The notes beneath the pieces are model-generated. The model did no database searches and was not told where the DNA came from. It worked only from the letters and a program-made list of their open reading frames with translations. Both the position numbers and the translations under genes were made by a program. From positions 96,001 to 160,000 of the forward strand of contig JAULAX010000010.1 of assembly GCA_032654565.1 (NCBI GenBank): a stretch of 64,000 bases of DNA, read 5' to 3'. Positions 1-8,086 of this stretch are shown in pieces. Within the stretch, counting starts at the first letter, position 1. Every line of letters begins with the position of its first letter. Source of the DNA: Anaeromyxobacteraceae bacterium. Its GTDB lineage: Bacteria; Myxococcota; Myxococcia; Myxococcales; Anaeromyxobacteraceae.

Positions 1-329
1 AGGTAGTGGACCCCACGGCGCAGGCAGCCGTCGGCCATGGGTCGCGAGGTGCGCGAGAACGGTCCGGCGGCGTGCAGCACGGCGCCGACGCCCTCCAGGC
101 CGGCGTCGACCGCGGCGGCGTCGTCGAGGGCGAAGACCCGGGAGGTGAGCCCGAGCTCGGCCGTCAGGCGGGCCACCGGCGCCTCGGTCCGCCCCGCCAG
201 GATGGGGCGCAGGCCGCGCTCCACGGCGCGCCGGGCGATCAGTTCGCCGGTGTAGCCGTTGGCCCCGTAGACCAGGAGCGGCCCCGCCACCGGGCGCGGC
301 GGCGGCGCCGCGTCCCCGGGGCCGGCCAC
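1..329 (-). CDS. Saccharopine dehydrogenase-like NAD(P)-binding oxidoreductase (5' part; runs off the window edge)
   Basis: Manual translation gives LLVYGANGYTGELIARR...ILAGR...VLHAAGPFSRTSRPMADGCLRRGVHYL. GTG start at 329 (overlaps the upstream TAG) or at 290. Confidence 0.8.
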   Translation of the reverse strand, partial: MAGPGDAAPPPRPVAGPLLVYGANGYTGELIARRAVERGLRPILAGRTEAPVARLTAELGLTSRVFALDDAAAVDAGLEGVGAVLHAAGPFSRTSRPMADGCLRRGVHY

Positions 330-970
330 TACTTCGGCCCCTGGCCCAGGTCGGTGAGCGCCCGCCGGGCCTCGCCGGCCTGGGGGCTGTTGGGGGCGAT
401 GGCGATCACTTTCTTGAAGGCGGCGGCGGCCCGCGCGGCGTCGTGCTTGTCGGCGGACCAGACCACGCCCAGGTTGTAGGCGCTCTGCACGTGCTTGGGG
501 TCGACCTTGTTGGCCTTCTCGAAGTTGGCGATGGCCTCGTCGAACCGCCCGGTGTCCCGGTACATGACCCCCTGGTCGGTGAGCACGTCGGGGTTGTTGG
601 GGTTGAGGGCCAGGGCCTTGCCGTAGGCGTCGATGGCCTTCTGGTGCTGGCGGGAGTCGAAGTAGTCGTTGCCGAGCTGGATCCAGACGCCGACCAGCTT
701 CGGGTCGCGGGCCACCAGCTTCTGGTTCATCTCGATGCGCTGGAAGACCTCCGGCGAAGGGCCGGACGGGGGCAGCCCCCCGGGCATGCCGGGCGGCGGC
801 TGGCCCGGCATCCCCGCCGGCATGGGCGGCGAGGCGTCGAAGGCAGGGAGCGGGGCGGAGCCGAGCAGCTTCTGGGCCTCGCTCATCCCCTTGGAGAGGC
901 CGATGGTGTAACCCACCAGGATGCCGATGAGCAGGCCACCCACGGCCCCGAGGATCAGGTTCTTGTTCAT
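329..970 (-). CDS. Membrane-anchored TPR-repeat protein
   Basis: N-terminal hydrophobic helix, Pro-rich linker, then TPR-like repeats (WIQLGNDYFD, VLTDQGVMY, AYNLGVVW). ATG at 970. Confidence 0.8.
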   Translation of the reverse strand: MNKNLILGAVGGLLIGILVGYTIGLSKGMSEAQKLLGSAPLPAFDASPPMPAGMPGQPPPGMPGGLPPSGPSPEVFQRIEMNQKLVARDPKLVGVWIQLGNDYFDSRQHQKAIDAYGKALALNPNNPDVLTDQGVMYRDTGRFDEAIANFEKANKVDPKHVQSAYNLGVVWSADKHDAARAAAAFKKVIAIAPNSPQAGEARRALTDLGQGPK

Positions 971-1114
971 GGTGCGCAAGCCTCCAGGGCGCCAGGAGGG
1001 CGCCGCGACGGCCGCGGATATTGACACACCTCGCCCCCGGAGTGTGGCGCCCGGCGGCGGCGAGGCGCCGCTCGACGGCCCCCCCGGGGGGAAGGTAGGT
1101 TGCCGCCCCGGACC

Positions 1115-1753
1115 ATGACCCGCCGATCCCCCGCCTCACCGGCCTGGAGCCCCGCCGAGCGCGCCGCCCTGCGCCGCCTCTCCACCCCGCGCCGCATCCA
1201 GGACCTGCTCGACCAGCTCGCCTACCGGACCGAGGACGACCCGGCCTCGCCGCGCCGGGCCCTCGCCGAGCGGCGCGCCCACTGCTTCGACGGCGCGCTG
1301 CTGGCCGCGGCCGCCCTCCGCTTCCACGGTCACCCGCCGCTGCTGCTCGACCTGCGGGCCATCCACGACGACGACCACGTCCTCGCGGTCTTCCGTGTGG
1401 ACGGGGCCTGGGGGGCCGTCGCCAAGTCCAACTTCGTGGGGCTGCGCTACCGCGAGCCGGTCCACCGCACGCTGCGCGAGCTGGCGCTCAGCTACTTCGA
1501 TCCCTACTACAGCATGAAGCGGCGGAGGACCCTGCGGGCCTACTCGGCGCGGCCGCTCGACCTGCGCCGCTTCGACCGGCTGGGCTGGGAGTTCGACGAG
1601 GCGGCGGCGCCCCACCTGGCGGCGCGGCTCGACCGGGCCCCGCACCGGTCACTGCTGACGGCGGCGCAGGAGCGGCGGCTGACCCGGCTCGACGAGCGCT
1701 CGTTCCGGGCCGGGATGCTGGGCACCGACCTGGCCGGTGTTCACCCCGGGTGA
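1115..1753 (+). CDS. Conserved hypothetical protein, possibly transglutaminase/papain-like
   Basis: Good codon usage. AHCFDGALLAA and DDDHVLAVF could supply a Cys/His catalytic pair. Confidence 0.6.
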   Translation: MTRRSPASPAWSPAERAALRRLSTPRRIQDLLDQLAYRTEDDPASPRRALAERRAHCFDGALLAAAALRFHGHPPLLLDLRAIHDDDHVLAVFRVDGAWGAVAKSNFVGLRYREPVHRTLRELALSYFDPYYSMKRRRTLRAYSARPLDLRRFDRLGWEFDEAAAPHLAARLDRAPHRSLLTAAQERRLTRLDERSFRAGMLGTDLAGVHPG

Positions 1754-1759
1754 AGCCGG

Positions 1760-2806
1760 CTACTTGCCGAAGCGGATGGGCATGGTCACCCAGAGCGAGA
1801 TGGGCCGCCCCTGGGCGGTGGCGCCCGGCGTCCACTGGCAGTGCTGCACCGCCGCCCAGATGGCGTTGGCGACACGCTGGTCGCTGGGTCCGGAGAGGTA
1901 GCTGAACTGGGAGACGGCGCCGGTCTCGTCGATGGCGAACTTGACGGTGGCGCTCTCGCCCTCGAACTCGAGGACGTCGCGGGGGAGCCGCAGCGAATTG
2001 ACCACGCAGCCGGGGACGGTCTGCCGCGCCTTCTGGTAGCCGTCGCGGGCGTAGGCCGGGCCGATGGCCATGGGGGCGGAGGCGGTGGGCGCCGCGGCCG
2101 GCGCCGCCACGGACTGCGGCGGGGGCAGCGGCGGCGGGGGCGGGGTCTCGGGCTCGGCCCGCGGGGCCGGCGCCGGCGCCGGGGCCGGGCGAGCGGGAGC
2201 GGCCGGCTTCTCGGCGCGGGCCACCTCGCGGGCCGGGGGCGGGGCGGGGCGGACCTGGCGCGCCGCGGCCTCGCGCTCCGGCGGCTTGCGCCGCTGGCGC
2301 GGAGGGGCCCCGTCGGAGGGGAGGTCCATGGTCACCACCGGCTCGGCCGCCTCGGGCTCCGCGACCGGCGGGGTGGTGGGCTCGGGCGGGCGCCCGATCC
2401 GGGTCACCTGGGGATCGCTCGCCGACTGCGCCGGGGTCGAGATCGGCGACCGCCGGCTCCGGATCAAGGCGAAGGCGGTGATGGCGAGGACCAGGACCAC
2501 GCCGGCGACGATGGGGAGGACCGGGATGCCGCTGCGGGCGGTGGTGGTCTTGAAGCTGGGGGCGTTGGCCATGCGGGCGGCAGCGCGCGCCGACTCGCTC
2601 TGGGGCCGGCGGGGCGCCGGGGCCGCCGGGGCGTCGGCCTCGGACTCGAGGTGGAGCTCCTCGTAGCCGCCGTCCGGCGCACCGGGGGGCGAGGCGTCGT
2701 TGGACGACGTCGGGAGCAGCCCCTGGCAGGCGGGGCATCGGGCGTTGGGGCCGCGCGGGGTCGGGACGTCGCGGCCGCAGCGTGGGCAGTGAACCGTGGT
2801 GGCCAT
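1760..2806 (-). CDS. Zn-ribbon/TM/Pro-rich/TonB-C domain protein
   Basis: N-terminal CPRC..CPAC, one TM helix, Pro/Ala linker, TonB_C-like end (VKFAIDETGAV...WTPGATAQGRPISLWVTMPIRF). Confidence 0.75.
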   Translation of the reverse strand: MATTVHCPRCGRDVPTPRGPNARCPACQGLLPTSSNDASPPGAPDGGYEELHLESEADAPAAPAPRRPQSESARAAARMANAPSFKTTTARSGIPVLPIVAGVVLVLAITAFALIRSRRSPISTPAQSASDPQVTRIGRPPEPTTPPVAEPEAAEPVVTMDLPSDGAPPRQRRKPPEREAAARQVRPAPPPAREVARAEKPAAPARPAPAPAPAPRAEPETPPPPPLPPPQSVAAPAAAPTASAPMAIGPAYARDGYQKARQTVPGCVVNSLRLPRDVLEFEGESATVKFAIDETGAVSQFSYLSGPSDQRVANAIWAAVQHCQWTPGATAQGRPISLWVTMPIRFGK

Positions 2807-2895
2807 GTCCGCCGAATGTACCCATACGAGCCGCCGATTGCACAATGATCGGCCGGCGGAAATCGGAGGGAACGGCCTCGGGGATCGGCCGAGGG

Positions 2896-4008
2896 ATGGC
2901 GGGCGGAGACGAAGACGTGGAGAATCGCGGCGTGAACGGGACAGCGAGCCGAGGCCGCGGCGCCACCTGGACGAGGGCCGTGTTCGGCCTGCTCCTCTGG
3001 GGCGCCCTGGCCTGCACGGCGGTGGCGCAGGAGAGCCCGCCCGAGCTCGACCTGGACCCCGAGGGGAAGGACTGGCTCGACGACCAGCGCATCGCGGTGG
3101 AGCTGGAGCTCGGCGCCGTCACCGCCCGCTTCGACCAGTTCTTCGGCGACGACCGGAAGATGGACGCCGACGCCCCCTCCTCGCGCTTGCGGTTCCGGAC
3201 CTGGGTGAGGACCGCGGCCGACCGGGACTTCGCCATGGGGGGCTCGCTGGGGACCTCGATCCACCTGCCCCGGCTGGAGCACTGGCTCGGCAACGCCCGC
3301 CTGGTGCTGGTGGGCGAGAGGCCGCCGGACGGGGTGCCGCCGCCGCCCGCCGGGCAGGACCTGGCCGGCGCCAACCCGGCCCAGGCCCCGGTGGGCGCCC
3401 CGTCGGTCGCCTTCCTCTCCCGGGGGCGCGGCAACGCCGAGCTGCGCTTCGACCTGCTCCGGCGCCCCCTGGTGATCCTCGACAGCGGGGCCGGCGTCAC
3501 CCTGGCCTGGCCGCTGATACCGTTCACGCGGCTGCGCGCCCACTTCCGGGTCGGGCTGGGAGGGGAGGTCTTCCTGCGCGCCACCGAGGCGGTCTTCGTG
3601 GAGTTCTGGGGCCGGGGCCTGGGGACCGCCACCGACCTCGAGGTGGGGCGCCTCCTCACGCCCTTCCTGCGGGTGAGGTGGGAGGGGCACGGCGTCTTCG
3701 CCCAGCGGACCCGCGGCATCGAGTGGTCGACGCTGGTCGGCGGCGACTGGATGGTGCACCCGCGCACCGGCCTCTTCGCAGGTGGAAGCTGCAGCGGCCT
3801 CGGCACCCCGCACCCCGGGCTCGATCTCTGGCGGGTCTGGACCGGGGTCCGGCAGGACGTCTGGAACGGCTGGGTCTTCATGGGGCTGGAGCCGGAGATG
3901 ACCTGGCCGCGCCTGGCGGGGATGGACCGGACGTCGGTCTGGGCGGTGACCCTGCGGCTCGAGGTGGTCATCGACTCCCGCCCCACCCAGGCTGGAGCCC
4001 GGGAATGA
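2896..4008 (+). CDS. Hypothetical exported protein, probably an outer-membrane beta-rich protein
   Basis: Signal peptide (AVA-QE), amphipathic beta-strand pattern, ATGA overlap with cls. Start uncertain. Confidence 0.6.
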   Translation: MAGGDEDVENRGVNGTASRGRGATWTRAVFGLLLWGALACTAVAQESPPELDLDPEGKDWLDDQRIAVELELGAVTARFDQFFGDDRKMDADAPSSRLRFRTWVRTAADRDFAMGGSLGTSIHLPRLEHWLGNARLVLVGERPPDGVPPPPAGQDLAGANPAQAPVGAPSVAFLSRGRGNAELRFDLLRRPLVILDSGAGVTLAWPLIPFTRLRAHFRVGLGGEVFLRATEAVFVEFWGRGLGTATDLEVGRLLTPFLRVRWEGHGVFAQRTRGIEWSTLVGGDWMVHPRTGLFAGGSCSGLGTPHPGLDLWRVWTGVRQDVWNGWVFMGLEPEMTWPRLAGMDRTSVWAVTLRLEVVIDSRPTQAGARE

Positions 4009-5489
4009 ACGGGGCCTGGCTCGGCCAGCTGTTCGAATCCCCCGCCACGCTGGCCGGGCTGGAGGTGCTCTGGATCCTGCTCATGGCCGGCTGGATGCTG
4101 CAGGAGCGCCGGCCGCCGGTGGCCACCCTGGCCTGGATCCTCGGGCTCTCGCTGCTGCCGGTGGTGGGCGTGCCGATCTACCTCTTCCTCGGCCCTCGCC
4201 GGCTCAAGCGCCGCCTGCTGCGCCGCGCCGCCGCCCGCCAGAACGTCTCGGGGAAGCCGGAGCCGTGGGAGGCGCTCGAGGCCGAGGCGCCGATCCAGTC
4301 GCGGCAGCTGCTCCAGCTGGCCCGGACCCTCACCGGCGTCCCCGCCGAGACCGCCACCTCGCTCACCCTCTACGACGACGGCGACCAGACCATCGACGCC
4401 ATGATCGCCGCCATCGCCGCGGCGCGCGATCACGTTCACCTGGAGTTCTATATCTTCGCGCCCGACCGGTCCGGGGCCCGGGTGCGCGACGCCCTGGTGG
4501 AGCGGGCCCGGGCCGGCGTCGAGGTCCGGCTGCTGGTGGACGCCTCGGGCTCCTCCCGCCTCAAGGCCGCCTTCGTGGCCCCGCTGGTCGAGGCCGGTGG
4601 CCAGGTGGCCCACTTCAACCCCGCCTTCGGCGGGAAGGCCTCGGCCCGGTTCTTCAACTTCCGCACCCACCGCAAGATCGTGGTCTGCGACGGGCTCACC
4701 GGCTTCACCGGCGGCGTCAACATCACCGACAGCCACAGCAGCTCGGCGGTGGGCCCGGCGGCCTGGCGCGACACCCACCTGCGGATCACCGGCAACGCCG
4801 TGCACGGGTTGCAGCTGGCCTTCCTGGAGGACTGGTACTTCGCCCGCCCCGGCGAGCCGCCGCCGGAGAACGAGGCCATGCGGGCCCGCTACTTCCCGGA
4901 GACCGGGCGCGGCCCCGGCCTGGTGCAGATCGTGGCCTCCGGGCCCGACGAGGCCAGGCCCCGCCTGGCACGGCTCGACGAGGCCGGTCACGCCGTGGAG
5001 GCCCTCTACTTCGCCGCCATCACCGGGGCCCGCCGGCGGGTCTGGATCACCACGCCGTACCTGCTGCCCAGCGAGCCGCTGGCGGCGGCGCTGGCGAGCG
5101 CGGCGCTCCGCGGCGTGGATGTGCGGCTGCTGGTCCCGGCCCGGACCGACTCCCGGCTGGTGGACGCCGCCGCCAGGACCTTCCACGGCGGCCTGCTGGC
5201 GGCCGGGGCGCGCATCCACCTCTACGGGCCGCCCATGATTCACGCCAAGACCTGCGTGGTGGACGACGACCTGGCCATCGTCGGCACCGCCAACCTCGAC
5301 AACCGCAGCCTCCGGCTCAACTTCGAGGTGGTGGCGGCCATCCACGGGGGGCCGGCGGTGGGGGCGCTGGCCGCCTTCTTCACGCGGGATCTGGAGCGGG
5401 CTCGCCCGGTGGCGCGGGAGGGGCGCCGGCAGCGGTTCCTGGGCCGGGTCTTCTCCTCGCTGGCGCGGCTGCTCTCGCCCCAGCTCTGA
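4005..5489 (+). CDS. cls: Cardiolipin synthase (PLD family)
   Basis: Two N-terminal TM helices (PLDc_N-like) and two HKD motifs (HRKIVVCD, HAKTCVVD; GTANLDNRS). Confidence 0.9.
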   Translation: MNGAWLGQLFESPATLAGLEVLWILLMAGWMLQERRPPVATLAWILGLSLLPVVGVPIYLFLGPRRLKRRLLRRAAARQNVSGKPEPWEALEAEAPIQSRQLLQLARTLTGVPAETATSLTLYDDGDQTIDAMIAAIAAARDHVHLEFYIFAPDRSGARVRDALVERARAGVEVRLLVDASGSSRLKAAFVAPLVEAGGQVAHFNPAFGGKASARFFNFRTHRKIVVCDGLTGFTGGVNITDSHSSSAVGPAAWRDTHLRITGNAVHGLQLAFLEDWYFARPGEPPPENEAMRARYFPETGRGPGLVQIVASGPDEARPRLARLDEAGHAVEALYFAAITGARRRVWITTPYLLPSEPLAAALASAALRGVDVRLLVPARTDSRLVDAAARTFHGGLLAAGARIHLYGPPMIHAKTCVVDDDLAIVGTANLDNRSLRLNFEVVAAIHGGPAVGALAAFFTRDLERARPVAREGRRQRFLGRVFSSLARLLSPQL

Positions 5490-5591
5490 CCCGGGCTTTG
5501 CCCAGGTGCGGCGTGCCCGGCGGCGACCCTGGCCGCCCGCCGGAGCCGGGCCTCGAGCCGGCTCGCCTGCGCCGGGCGGTATACTGCCGGC

Positions 5592-5918
5592 ATGCGCCAG
5601 GTCCAGGTCCAGGGCTGCCTCCCCGCCATCCTCCTGCTGGTGGTGCTCGCCGGCCTGGTGGGGGTGGTGATCTCCGCCAGCCTCGCGGTCGCCCTCCCGG
5701 TGGCGGGCGCGCTGCTGGTGCTCGGCCTGGCCCGCTCGCTCTGGTACCGGCTGACCGGGCGCACCCCGCCGTCGCCGCCCCGTGGCGCCACCTTCCGGAC
5801 CGTCCGCATCGACCCCGGCTGGTCCGGGGGCGGGCCGGGCGGGCCGGCCGACGACGAGGGGCCGGTGATCGACGCCCTGCCGAAGGGGGCGCGGGAGAAG
5901 GACGAGGGTCGCGGGTAG
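5592..5918 (+). CDS. Small hypothetical membrane protein
   Basis: Two hydrophobic helices and typical codon usage. Confidence 0.55.
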   Translation: MRQVQVQGCLPAILLLVVLAGLVGVVISASLAVALPVAGALLVLGLARSLWYRLTGRTPPSPPRGATFRTVRIDPGWSGGGPGGPADDEGPVIDALPKGAREKDEGRG

Positions 5919-5964
5919 GACTGGGTGCGGGGCCCATCCCGCCACCTTTCCCCGGAGGCTCCAC

Positions 5965-6522
5965 ATGCGCTTCACCCGTGCCGTCACCCCCCTCATCGCC
6001 AGCGGGCTGCTGGCCGCCCTCGCCGCCGGCTGCGCCTCCCCCGCCAAGGTGGTGAAGCCGGAGACCGATGTGCGCGACGCCGTGGCCGCGGCGCCGCTGG
6101 CCTCGCCGACCCCGGCGCCCGCGGTCGAGCCGCCGGCGGCGGTGGCCGACCAGCGCTGCTCCATCTCCCGCATCCACTTCGCCTTCGACTCGGCCCAGCT
6201 CGACGCCGACGCCCGCACCGGGCTCAAGGGGGTGGCCGCCTGCCTCGAGCAGAAGCGGCCGGCCGCGGTGGTCATCGAGGGGCACACCGACGAGCGCGGC
6301 ACCACCGCCTACAACCTGGCGCTCGGCCAGCGCCGCGCCGACTCGGTTCGCGGCTACCTGAAGGACCTGGGGGTGGGGGCGTCGCTGAAGACCGTCTCGT
6401 TCGGCAAGGAGCTGCCGCTGGTGAGCGGCGCCGGCGAGCAGGCCTGGAGCCAGAACCGCCGCGCCGAGATGCGGCTGCCCGGTGACCAGCGCTCCGACGG
6501 GCTCAAGGTGGCCAACCGCTAG
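5965..6522 (+). CDS. OmpA/Pal-family peptidoglycan-associated lipoprotein
   Basis: Lipobox LAAGC; IHFAFDS, IEGHTDERGT..YNLALGQRRA, SFGKE, NRRAE; GGAGG RBS. Confidence 0.9.
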   Translation: MRFTRAVTPLIASGLLAALAAGCASPAKVVKPETDVRDAVAAAPLASPTPAPAVEPPAAVADQRCSISRIHFAFDSAQLDADARTGLKGVAACLEQKRPAAVVIEGHTDERGTTAYNLALGQRRADSVRGYLKDLGVGASLKTVSFGKELPLVSGAGEQAWSQNRRAEMRLPGDQRSDGLKVANR

Positions 6523-6562
6523 GGGGAGGGGGGGGGAGGCTGGGCTCGTGGCGGCGCCAGCG

Positions 6563-7114
6563 CTAGGCCGCCACGAGCTCCAGCGCAACCCGCCGGGCGG
6601 CGGCGCGGGCGTGGCCCACCTGGCCGTTCATGGCCTGGTAGCTCTTGCCGAGGCGGCGGGCCACCGCGGCGATCCCCTCGCCCGCCAGGTCGATGCGGAC
6701 CAGGGCCTCGACGTGGCCGGGGCAGAGGCGGGAGAGGACGCGGTCGAGGTCGCGGACCGCCTCGACCCGGCGGTGCGAGCCGGTGCTGGAGGACGGGGAC
6801 TCGTTGGCCAGCTGGGCGCGGAGCCGGGTGCGGGTGGCGCCGTCGCGGAGCTGGGAGAGCGCGCCGTTGCGGACGATGGTGGCGAGCAGCGCCTCCGGTG
6901 TGCCCAGGGCGGCGTCGAAGCGCGGCATCCCGGAGGAGAGGAAGGCCACCAGCGCGTCCTGGGCCCGGTCCTCCACGTCGGGGTGGGACTTGGGACGGCG
7001 CAGCACCCGGGCGGCGACGGCGCGGGCGTGGTCGAGCAGGTGGGCCCAGCGCGCGGCGTCGTCGGCGGTGGTCGGGGCGGCGAGCGCGGGGCGGACGGCC
7101 TGGAGGTTCGGCAT
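6563..7114 (-). CDS. ECF-type sigma-70 factor
   Basis: sigma2-like DVEDRAQDALVAF and C-terminal HTH (GEGIAAVARRLGKSYQAMNGQV). ATG at 7114 with GGAG upstream. Confidence 0.7.
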   Translation of the reverse strand: MPNLQAVRPALAAPTTADDAARWAHLLDHARAVAARVLRRPKSHPDVEDRAQDALVAFLSSGMPRFDAALGTPEALLATIVRNGALSQLRDGATRTRLRAQLANESPSSSTGSHRRVEAVRDLDRVLSRLCPGHVEALVRIDLAGEGIAAVARRLGKSYQAMNGQVGHARAAARRVALELVAA

Positions 7115-7306
7115 CGAGGTGATCTCCCGGGGGCGGCGTGCCCCCATGATCCTCAAACGCCGCCGGCCGCCTTCCCGGCTACCACCGGCTGGCCGGGAGC
7201 CGCTCCAAGCGGCCGCCGTCACTCTGGAATCTTTCTTCTCGGCGGGTCGGGAACCTCCGCCGCCCCTGCCCCGGAACTCTCCGCCGGGGTACCCTCCGGG
7301 GCCTCC

Positions 7307-8086
7307 ATGGAGAGATCGGCGACAGCGGGCCAGGGCCCGAGCACGGAGCGGCTGGTCGCCGAGGCCTACGACGAACTGCGCGAGCGGGTCCGGTCCATGA
7401 GCCGCGGCGCGCCGCCGACGCTGGCCGGGACCGCCGGGCTGCACACGGCGCTGGAGCGGATCCTGCGGCGGCGCACCACCTTCCGCGACGCCCGCCACTT
7501 CACCGCCTACTGCCTCTTCCTCATCCGCCGGCTCTGGATCTCCCGGTGGCGGGCCACGGCGCGGCGGCGGCGGCGCGAGGCGGACTCGCTGCTGCCGGTG
7601 CTGACGCTGCTCCACGGCGAGCCGGTGGCGGGCTCACGGGAGGAGTCGCTGGCGGTGCTGGAGCTGCTGGCCCAGCTTCGCGCCGACCCCAACATCTCGC
7701 GCCGGCGGCGCATCGCCCGCGCCGTGGAGTGCCACGTCGTGGCCGGCTTCACCCAGGCCGAGACCGCCGAGCTGCTGGGCGAGTCGAAGGGGATGGTGCA
7801 GCAGCGCATCGCCTTCTTCCTGGCCTGGGCGCGGCTGGCGGTGGCCCCGGACCTCGGGCTGGTGGAGCGGGCGGCGGCGGCGGCGGCCGTCGACCCGCGG
7901 CTGGGCCGGCGCGAGGCCATCGCCGAGGCGGCCCGCAGGTACTACCTTCACGGTGAGTCGCGGACGGCCATCGCCGGGGCCCTGGGCTCGACGGCGGCGA
8001 GGGTGGAGCAGGACCTGCGGCTCTTCGCGGCCTGGGTGGCGGCGCGCCAGGCCAGGCGCGGGGCGGGAGAGGAGGAGGGCACATGA
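7307..8086 (+). CDS. ECF sigma factor (kinase-associated, Planctomycete-like type) with duplicated sigma4-like domain
   Basis: AYDELRERVR...TLAGTAGLHTALERI matches the YxELR..TL..TAL.HEA pattern. Two HTH repeats. ATGA overlap with the kinase gene. Confidence 0.7.
   Translation: MERSATAGQGPSTERLVAEAYDELRERVRSMSRGAPPTLAGTAGLHTALERILRRRTTFRDARHFTAYCLFLIRRLWISRWRATARRRRREADSLLPVLTLLHGEPVAGSREESLAVLELLAQLRADPNISRRRRIARAVECHVVAGFTQAETAELLGESKGMVQQRIAFFLAWARLAVAPDLGLVERAAAAAAVDPRLGRREAIAEAARRYYLHGESRTAIAGALGSTAARVEQDLRLFAAWVAARQARRGAGEEEGT

Noticed and set aside
1488..6305. Very long ORFs such as 1488-6305 (-), 17688-21281 (-), 17861-21457 (+) and 53350-55746 (-)
   Set aside because: Shadow frames of real genes in high-GC DNA; low-complexity Arg/Gly/Pro translations without motifs.
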